Shown: positions 1 through 6,162 of the stretch, in pieces | Position numbering within the stretch: the stretch's first letter is position 1 | Layout of the letters: each line of letters begins with the position of its first letter | Assembly (NCBI GenBank): GCA_043734325.1 | Contig: JAYTFN010000082.1 | Span: 1 to 36,636 of the forward strand | Reading direction: 5' to 3' | Origin: Candidatus Adlerbacteria bacterium | GTDB lineage: Bacteria; Patescibacteriota; Minisyncoccia; Phycocordibacterales; SBAW01 | DNA: 36,636 nt | Notes under the pieces: model-generated | Databases searched by the model: none | What the model was told of the DNA's origin: nothing | The model's input: only the letters and a program-made list of their open reading frames with translations | Program-made: the position numbers and the translations under genes

Positions 1-248
1 GGGGTGTCTTGAAGTGACTGAAGATAAGCGTTCGTATTACAGATTCAAATATGGATGGTGTTGGACTTGGATGAGGTAAGGGAAAAGCCGCCGATCTTAA
101 GAAAGGCTTTCAGTGAACATTTTGCAAAAGTTACTCCAATAGTGAGTTGGTTATATATGATCAAGGAGACAACAATAGTGGACTGATATTCCTTATCAAC
201 TACAGCTAAAGTTCCAAAACCTTGTCTTTTCAGCAGGTTTTACATACA

Positions 249-272
249 ACAAAAAACAGGAGTTGGAACTCC
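249..272 (-). terminator. Rho-independent terminator candidate downstream of tRNA-Ala
   Basis: On the minus strand a GGAGTT-CC-AACTCC hairpin (259-272) is followed by TGTTTTTTGTTG (A-run 251-256 on the + strand). Confidence 0.5.
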
Positions 273-328
273 AAAAGTGGGTTATATCTACAAGCTAAAT
301 CAGTCACCTACTAACAAAAATACATCTT

Positions 329-404
329 TGGTGGACCCTAGCGGATTCGAACCGCTGACCTCCTCATTGCAAATGAGGCGCTCTACCAACTAAGCTAAGG
401 GCCC
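329..404 (-). tRNA. tRNA-Ala (anticodon UGC), CCA encoded
   Basis: The minus-strand sequence GGGCCCTTAGCTTAGTTGGTAGAGCGCCTCATTTGCAATGAGGAGGTCAGCGGTTCGAATCCGCTAGGGTCCACCA folds as a cloverleaf. It has a 7-bp acceptor stem with the G3:U70 alanine identity pair, an anticodon stem CCTCA/TGAGG with loop TTTGCAA (UGC), a T-arm GGTTCGAATCC and a 3' CCA. Confidence 0.95.
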
Positions 405-425
405 TTACAACTCAAGCACCATCAA

Positions 426-454
426 AATCTATCAGCAAATGGCCGAGATATCAA
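426..454 (-). promoter_or_regulatory. Sigma70-like promoter candidate for tRNA-Ala
   Basis: The minus strand reads TTGATA (449-454), a 17-nt spacer, then TAGATT (426-431). This lies about 22 nt upstream of the tRNA 5' end. Confidence 0.4.
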
Positions 455-463
455 TACCCTCTT

Positions 464-796
464 CTACTTAATTTCACTTATCTTAGCAGCCATAATGAAG
501 TCATTTTCAGATAATCCACTTATCGCATGAGTCGTAAGCTCAATGGAAACATTTCCCCAAGAGATTGCCATCTCGGGGTGATGATTCTCTTCCTCGGCAA
601 TAACCGCTACTTTGTTTGCAAAAATCATAGCTTGGGCAAAATCTTTAAAACGAAATTCGCGCACCAGAAGATGTGCATCATCTACGAGCATCCAGTCCTT
701 CGACAGTTCCTTCATCATTTCTTCTGCTATGTCAGGTGTGTATGGGTCAATTCCACCTTCGCAAGGAATGCAGCGTTTTTTGGCTAAATTAGTCAT
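464..796 (-). CDS. Pterin-4-alpha-carbinolamine dehydratase (PCD/DCoH family), 110 aa
   Basis: The ORF is trimmed to the ATG at 796 (MTNLAKKRCIPCEGG...). It carries the PCD signature EEENHHPEMAISWGNVSIELTTHAISGLSENDFIMAAKI. Its start overlaps the ddl stop as ATGACTAA. Confidence 0.85.
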   Translation of the reverse strand: MTNLAKKRCIPCEGGIDPYTPDIAEEMMKELSKDWMLVDDAHLLVREFRFKDFAQAMIFANKVAVIAEEENHHPEMAISWGNVSIELTTHAISGLSENDFIMAAKISEIK

Positions 797-1787
797 AGGT
801 CCTAGTGTAACGATTCTTATTATGTAGGGCAAGCAAAATAATATGATCAAGAAATTCGGGCATTTTCGCCCCAACCGCTTCTATAGCTTTTGGAAAAAGA
901 GACTCTGCAGTCATACCCACTGCGGCAGCACTATTAATTTCAAGAAAATATATACCCCGTTTGGCTACTATAAAATCCGAGCGGGAGTAATGCAGGGCAC
1001 CTAATGCTTCGTGTACTTTTTTGGCTGCGCCAGTCAAATACTTTTTCTCTGCACTGGTAAAATTGCCCGGCACACGCTCGATAGTTTTGCCACTGTACTT
1101 AGCTTCATAACTAAAGAAGTTGTGTTGGGGGGGAGGAATAATTTCAATAGGCAGGAGCGCATATAAAGGTTCATTACGAAAATTTTCAATAATTCCAACT
1201 GTAGCTTCTTTTCCTTTTATAAATTCTTCTACTAAAACTGTAGGAGAAACTTCAAAAGCTACTTGTAGCCCGTCTAACAATGCATGATAGCTGTCTGCGA
1301 CACTCATGCCGACTGAGGAGCCGCCTATAACCGGCTTAATCATAGACGGATGAGGGAAGGTGCGAAATAAATTGAGCGCCATCTGTTCAACGTCATTTCC
1401 CTCTCGCTCTAAAAGTACACCACGCGCAACTTTTACTCCAATCTTTTTAACAATTTCCTTGGTGGCATGTTTATTGAAAGCTATAGTCGATGAAAAAGCG
1501 TCAGAACCTGTGTAAGGAGTACCTGCTGACTCAAGAATTTTTTGAACTTCACCGCTTTCGCCATATTCGCCATGAAGTACGTTGAAGGCAACATCGATAC
1601 CTTGAAGCGCTTTTTGAGGTGCCATTTCAATGCCATACACATGCCATCGACCCTGACGATCTATAAAAATATCAACCGGTCGGTGCTTTTCTTGGTTGAG
1701 CGCACTTAATACATTAGCGCCCGACTTAAGTGAAATTTCATACTCACTCGACGGCCCGCCCCTAAGTACACCAACAACCGTTTTCAT
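789..1787 (-). CDS. ddl: D-alanine--D-alanine ligase
   Basis: The 332-aa ORF has a typical Ddl N-terminus (VGVLRGGPSSEYEISLKSG), an ATP-grasp core (KPVIGGSSVGMS) and a C-terminal LEINSAAAVGMT motif. Confidence 0.93.
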   Translation of the reverse strand: MKTVVGVLRGGPSSEYEISLKSGANVLSALNQEKHRPVDIFIDRQGRWHVYGIEMAPQKALQGIDVAFNVLHGEYGESGEVQKILESAGTPYTGSDAFSSTIAFNKHATKEIVKKIGVKVARGVLLEREGNDVEQMALNLFRTFPHPSMIKPVIGGSSVGMSVADSYHALLDGLQVAFEVSPTVLVEEFIKGKEATVGIIENFRNEPLYALLPIEIIPPPQHNFFSYEAKYSGKTIERVPGNFTSAEKKYLTGAAKKVHEALGALHYSRSDFIVAKRGIYFLEINSAAAVGMTAESLFPKAIEAVGAKMPEFLDHIILLALHNKNRYTRTYD

Positions 1788-1823
1788 ATACTAATATTAT
1801 ATACCTATATTGACGGTACCAAC

Positions 1824-3122
1824 CTACAAAAACATTTCTTTTCTACTTTTTCTTCGGTGATATTCTATTGCATACCGATGTGCCTCAGCGTTTGCTAAGA
1901 GAATATCCTTTTCGCGACCGACTATTGTTTCCTGACTACCTCTCAGTTCGCGAGGACGATGTCTTTCGTCTTTAACAACACCGACGACCGGGATACCTAT
2001 ACCGAGCTCCTTGAGTATATTTTCAGCTATGTTTATTTGGGCAGTTGCTCCATCCACAACAATCACCCGTGGAAGTGGCCACTCGGTGTGACCTAAACGA
2101 CGCGAAAGTATTTCCTTTAGAGAACCGGGATCGTCCCCAGCTTTGGCTGTTTTAATTTTAAACTTTCGATATTCCGCTTTTTGGATTATCCCCTCTTCTA
2201 CAACGGTCATTACCCCGACAGCCGCCGAGCCCGCAAGGTGGGCAACATCGTAGGCCTCTATACGGTTGTTCCCAATTGTAGAGGGTGATCGGTATTCATC
2301 TTTTATAAGCGACACATCTTGAATATGATTTAGCGCGAAAAGTTGACGCTTAAGTCTCGACGCTTCTTCGAACGCTTCGTCTTTTGCGGCGCATTTCATA
2401 TCTCGCTGGAGGCTTTTAATTAAAGTACTTTTCTTACCTTCAAATAGGAGCACTATGCGACGAATTATTTTTGCATAGTCAATCTTTGAAATTTCACCTG
2501 TACACACTCCTGGACACAGTCCAATATGCCGATTAAAGCACGGTTTATACCCATTACTTCGTACAAAGGACAGTCCTTTGTATTGCAAAGGACTGTCCTT
2601 TGTATTTTTTTTTTCTTGAGGAGGGGTGCACTTTTGGTCGCGGTATGGGAAAATTTTACGAATTATGCGCATCGCTTCCCTTAGCTGCATACCATGAGGG
2701 AAAGGTCCAAAGGTATGTGCGCGCGTTTCGACAGGTATATCAACATCAATGGTTTTACCTCTTGATACTAAAATTCTTGGAAAATCCTCTTTTGTAATCA
2801 CCACATAGTTAAAGCTTTTATCATCTCGAAGCGCAGTGTTGTAGTGCGGTTTATTAGTACGTATTAAGTTTGCTTCAAGTATGAGCGCTTCGAGCACAGA
2901 GTCAGTTTGCCGCCAATCAAGGTATTTTGCTTTATCTACCATCTGACCTATCAGTTGACTGCGTACTTGGGCAATATCCGCGACAAAGTAGGACCGCATC
3001 CGATCCGAAAGCGAAGTAGCCTTACCGATATAGAGCACTTTCTTTTTACTATCCAAAAAGAAATAAACCCCAGGAGTGTCCGGAATTTTCTTTACTCTTT
3101 TTTTAAATTCATCAAGTGTCAT
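1824..3122 (-). CDS. uvrC: Excinuclease ABC subunit C, short form without the C-terminal (HhH)2 domain
   Basis: It has a GIY-YIG motif (GVYFFLDSKKKVLYIGKATSLSDRMRSYF) and a UVR motif (EEASRLKRQLFALNHI). The C-terminal endonuclease domain is present (IEAYDVAHLAGSAAVG ... AEAHRYAIEYHRRKSRK). The protein ends 7 aa after the HRxK motif. Confidence 0.9.
   Translation of the reverse strand: MTLDEFKKRVKKIPDTPGVYFFLDSKKKVLYIGKATSLSDRMRSYFVADIAQVRSQLIGQMVDKAKYLDWRQTDSVLEALILEANLIRTNKPHYNTALRDDKSFNYVVITKEDFPRILVSRGKTIDVDIPVETRAHTFGPFPHGMQLREAMRIIRKIFPYRDQKCTPPQEKKNTKDSPLQYKGLSFVRSNGYKPCFNRHIGLCPGVCTGEISKIDYAKIIRRIVLLFEGKKSTLIKSLQRDMKCAAKDEAFEEASRLKRQLFALNHIQDVSLIKDEYRSPSTIGNNRIEAYDVAHLAGSAAVGVMTVVEEGIIQKAEYRKFKIKTAKAGDDPGSLKEILSRRLGHTEWPLPRVIVVDGATAQINIAENILKELGIGIPVVGVVKDERHRPRELRGSQETIVGREKDILLANAEAHRYAIEYHRRKSRKEMFL
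2562..2604. repeat. Palindromic element copy 1: perfect 19-bp stem with a 5-nt loop, inside uvrC
   Basis: The sequence is TACAAAGGACAGTCCTTTG TATTG CAAAGGACTGTCCTTTGTA. It is followed by T10 (2605-2614). It shares 37/44 identity with 16807-16850. Confidence 0.9.
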
Positions 3123-3131
3123 TGCGATTTT

Positions 3132-3192
3132 GTCGAAATCGTGCCGCGTTAACGTCCATTAGGACGCGGCCAGAGTCGAAATCGTGCCGCGT
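3132..3192. repeat. Two perfect 18-bp direct repeats in the uvrA-uvrC spacer
   Basis: GTCGAAATCGTGCCGCGT occurs at 3132-3149 and again at 3175-3192. The segment between them contains ACGCGGC (3164-3170), which is complementary to the GCCGCGT (3143-3149, 3186-3192) present in both repeats. Confidence 0.85.
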
Positions 3193-3200
3193 CACTTGGT

Positions 3201-6002
3201 TTATTTACCACGCAGTACCCTATTAAGATACTTCCCCGTATGTGAGTTTTTATTGTTGGCAACTTCTTCAGGCGTACCTTTTGCTACCAGCTTGCCGCCA
3301 CCGACTCCACCTTCGGGACCAAAATCGAGTATATAGTCGGCACTTTTTATAATGTCCATATTGTGCTCGATAAGTACGACTGAGTTTCCTGCAACAACAA
3401 GACGATTGAGAATATCAATAAGTTTCTGCACGTCTTCATAGTGAAGCCCAACTGTTGGTTCGTCCAAAAGGTATATCGTCTTTTGCATGTGCGGGCGATA
3501 CAATTCAGACCCAATTTTAATTCGTTGAGCTTCGCCTCCCGACAACGTAGTAGCAGACTGTCCAAGCCGTAGATACCCAAGACCCACCTCGCCAAGTGTA
3601 GAAAGCCTATCGTGAATAGCTGGGATATCTTGAAAGAATTCGAGAGCCTCTTCAACAGTCATTTCTAAAATATCGTAGATGCTTTTCTTTTTATATTTGA
3701 CTTCAAGCGTCTCTTTCATAAATCGCTTACCAAGGCACACGTCGCAGGTCACGTATACGGTCGGCAAAAAATGCATTTCCACAGCAATAAGACCGTTACC
3801 TTCGCATGATTCGCACCGTCCGCCATGACGCGACTGTGGAACATTAAATGAGAAGCGTGATGCCTTCCAACCGCGCGCTCGCGCTTCGTTCGTCGACGCA
3901 AAAAGATCGCGTATGAAAGTAAAAGAGCCGGTATACGTTGCAGGGTTCGAGCGAGGGGTACGTCCTATGGGTGACTGGTCTATAAGTATTGCCCTACTTA
4001 AATTTTCTAACCCACTAATTGAAGAAGCATTAAAAACTGTATTTGTGCGATACCGCTTATCAAAGCGTGCTTTTAAATTTTCATATAAAATTTCGTACAG
4101 AAAAGTTGATTTTCCTGAGCCCGATACGCCTGTTATTGCTACCATTCGCCCAAGCGGAATACGTGCATTTATATTTTTTATATTAAATGCCGAGCCACCC
4201 GTAACCTCTATCCAGCCTTTATCTTTGTCACGTCTCGTATCAGGGACTTGAACCGCTTTTTCGCCACGCAGATACGCAAGAGTTACGGAACCGCTATCAT
4301 TCTTTTTTGCGGTGAGAAGCTTCTCCAAGTCGTCGGCTACAACAATTTCGCCTCCGTGTACTCCGGCACCTGGGCCGATATCTACCAAAAAGTCGCCAGC
4401 ATAGATAGTATCTTCGTCATGTTCAACAACGATAATCGTGTTGCCTAAGTTACGAAGGTTTATGAGAGTTTTTATAAGTCGCTCATTGTCACGCTGATGA
4501 AGTCCGATAGTCGGCTCATCAAGTACATATAGCGCACCTACGAGGCCTGAACCAAGTTGCGACGCTAAACGAATACGCTGTGCCTCACCGCCCGATAGGG
4601 TGTTGGCGCGACGCTCGAGAGTGAGGTAGTCGAGCCCTACATCGAGCATGAACTTAAGGCGGTTACAAATTTCTTTGATGACCGTTTTGGATATTTCATG
4701 GTCCTTTTTTGAAAGTGAAAGCTCTGTAAAAAAATCGTACGCCTCCTGAATTGACATGTGCGTTATATCAACAATATTTTTTGCACCGGAAGGAACAAGA
4801 CGCTCAGAACCTAAGTAATTATTTTCACTCACCGCTAGATCGATACCTTGCTGTAGAGTAGCCACATTTGCAGTACCTGATGCGATTGTTGCTACAGTTT
4901 TTTTCTTACTACTGCTTGCGCCCTCAGAATTAATTGCATCTTGCGCAGCACGTCCCTTTTTTACTTGTGGTTTGGGAGCAGTGGTATCTATGCCTGCATT
5001 TTCTTTGTACAAAAAAACATGCATACTTTCCGGGCGCAGACGCGCGGCATGGCACACAGGACATGGTTCAATACTAAACATATGTTTAGTTCCTAAGCCG
5101 TTGCAAGCTGGACACGCGCCATAGGGTGAGTTGAAAGAAAAAAGTCGAGGCTCAACTTCAGGAAACGAAAATCCATCGTATGCACACATAAATTTAGCCG
5201 ATACCAATCGCTCGCCGTTTGTATCTTCAATTTTAACCAGCCCTTCGGCTTCCTGAAGCGCTCTTTCGACTGCTTCTGAAAGCCGCTCCATTGAACTTTG
5301 CTTTTCGCGCGCAAAATCTGCTATTAAAATTTCATCAACGAGTGCATCAATGGTATGCTTTTTATTTTTTGAAAGAATTATCTGCTCGCGCAAATTTTGC
5401 ATTTTGCCGTCAATTTTTACTTTTTCAAAACCTTTTCCAAGCAAGTCGTACAGAAGTTGATAGTACTCACCTTTACGTCCAACAACCACCGGGGCATAAA
5501 TACGAACCACGTCTTCGTGTATCTCTACTCCCATTATTTTTCGACTTTTCTTAGGTGTAAGTTTTGCAACACTTTCGATAATGCTATGAATTATCTCCTC
5601 GTTGCTATGCTTACGAATTTCGCGACCACATATAAGACAGTGCGGTTTACCGACACGGGCATACAGAATACGCAAATAATCGTAAATTTCAGTTATTGTA
5701 GCCACTGTCGAGCGTGGGTTGTTAGAACGGCTTTTCTGATCAATTGAAATTGCGGGTGACAGACCGGTAATTTCTTCAACGTCGGGCTTTTGCATTTGGC
5801 GCAGAAACTGTCGCGCATATGCAGAAAGCGATTCAATATAACGACGTTGTCCTTCAGCAAAAATAGTATCGAATGCTAAAGATGACTTACCGCTTCCGGA
5901 CAAGCCCGTAAAAATAATCATTTTACCGCGAGGCAGCGTTAAAGACACATTTTTTAAATTATGCGTTTTAGCTCCTTTAATATGTATAAATTCCTCAGCC
6001 AT
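3201..6002 (-). CDS. uvrA: Excinuclease ABC subunit A
   Basis: Two ABC ATPase modules are present (GLSGSGKSSLAFDT, GVSGSGKSTF, two LSGGEAQRI signatures) together with zinc modules. The ORF extends to a GTG at 6017. I prefer the ATG at 6002 (MAEEFIHIKGAKTHNLKN), which matches the usual UvrA N-terminus. Confidence 0.95.
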   Translation of the reverse strand: MAEEFIHIKGAKTHNLKNVSLTLPRGKMIIFTGLSGSGKSSLAFDTIFAEGQRRYIESLSAYARQFLRQMQKPDVEEITGLSPAISIDQKSRSNNPRSTVATITEIYDYLRILYARVGKPHCLICGREIRKHSNEEIIHSIIESVAKLTPKKSRKIMGVEIHEDVVRIYAPVVVGRKGEYYQLLYDLLGKGFEKVKIDGKMQNLREQIILSKNKKHTIDALVDEILIADFAREKQSSMERLSEAVERALQEAEGLVKIEDTNGERLVSAKFMCAYDGFSFPEVEPRLFSFNSPYGACPACNGLGTKHMFSIEPCPVCHAARLRPESMHVFLYKENAGIDTTAPKPQVKKGRAAQDAINSEGASSSKKKTVATIASGTANVATLQQGIDLAVSENNYLGSERLVPSGAKNIVDITHMSIQEAYDFFTELSLSKKDHEISKTVIKEICNRLKFMLDVGLDYLTLERRANTLSGGEAQRIRLASQLGSGLVGALYVLDEPTIGLHQRDNERLIKTLINLRNLGNTIIVVEHDEDTIYAGDFLVDIGPGAGVHGGEIVVADDLEKLLTAKKNDSGSVTLAYLRGEKAVQVPDTRRDKDKGWIEVTGGSAFNIKNINARIPLGRMVAITGVSGSGKSTFLYEILYENLKARFDKRYRTNTVFNASSISGLENLSRAILIDQSPIGRTPRSNPATYTGSFTFIRDLFASTNEARARGWKASRFSFNVPQSRHGGRCESCEGNGLIAVEMHFLPTVYVTCDVCLGKRFMKETLEVKYKKKSIYDILEMTVEEALEFFQDIPAIHDRLSTLGEVGLGYLRLGQSATTLSGGEAQRIKIGSELYRPHMQKTIYLLDEPTVGLHYEDVQKLIDILNRLVVAGNSVVLIEHNMDIIKSADYILDFGPEGGVGGGKLVAKGTPEEVANNKNSHTGKYLNRVLRGK

Positions 6003-6162
6003 AGTATTGTGAAGCACATAAATTGCCCCAAAGCTTGAGCTTATGGGGGTATATATGTCTTATATGCGAGTATACCACAATGAGCATCATATCTATAGCC
6101 AAAGTATAGATAGTGTTCTATGGTAGCGCTAAAGGACCAAGCACAGAACGTCTTAAGTGTTT

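Noticed and set aside
1-328. This is a 328-nt ORF-free stretch downstream of the tRNA-Ala 3' end, a classic island integration position. It includes a 60-odd-codon stop-free frame on the minus strand with a GNAT-like KRQGFGT string.
   Set aside because: There is no ATG start, no upstream N-terminal half because the tRNA sits there, no att-like repeat of the tRNA 3' end, and no integrase. The region also touches the window edge, so nothing can be supported.
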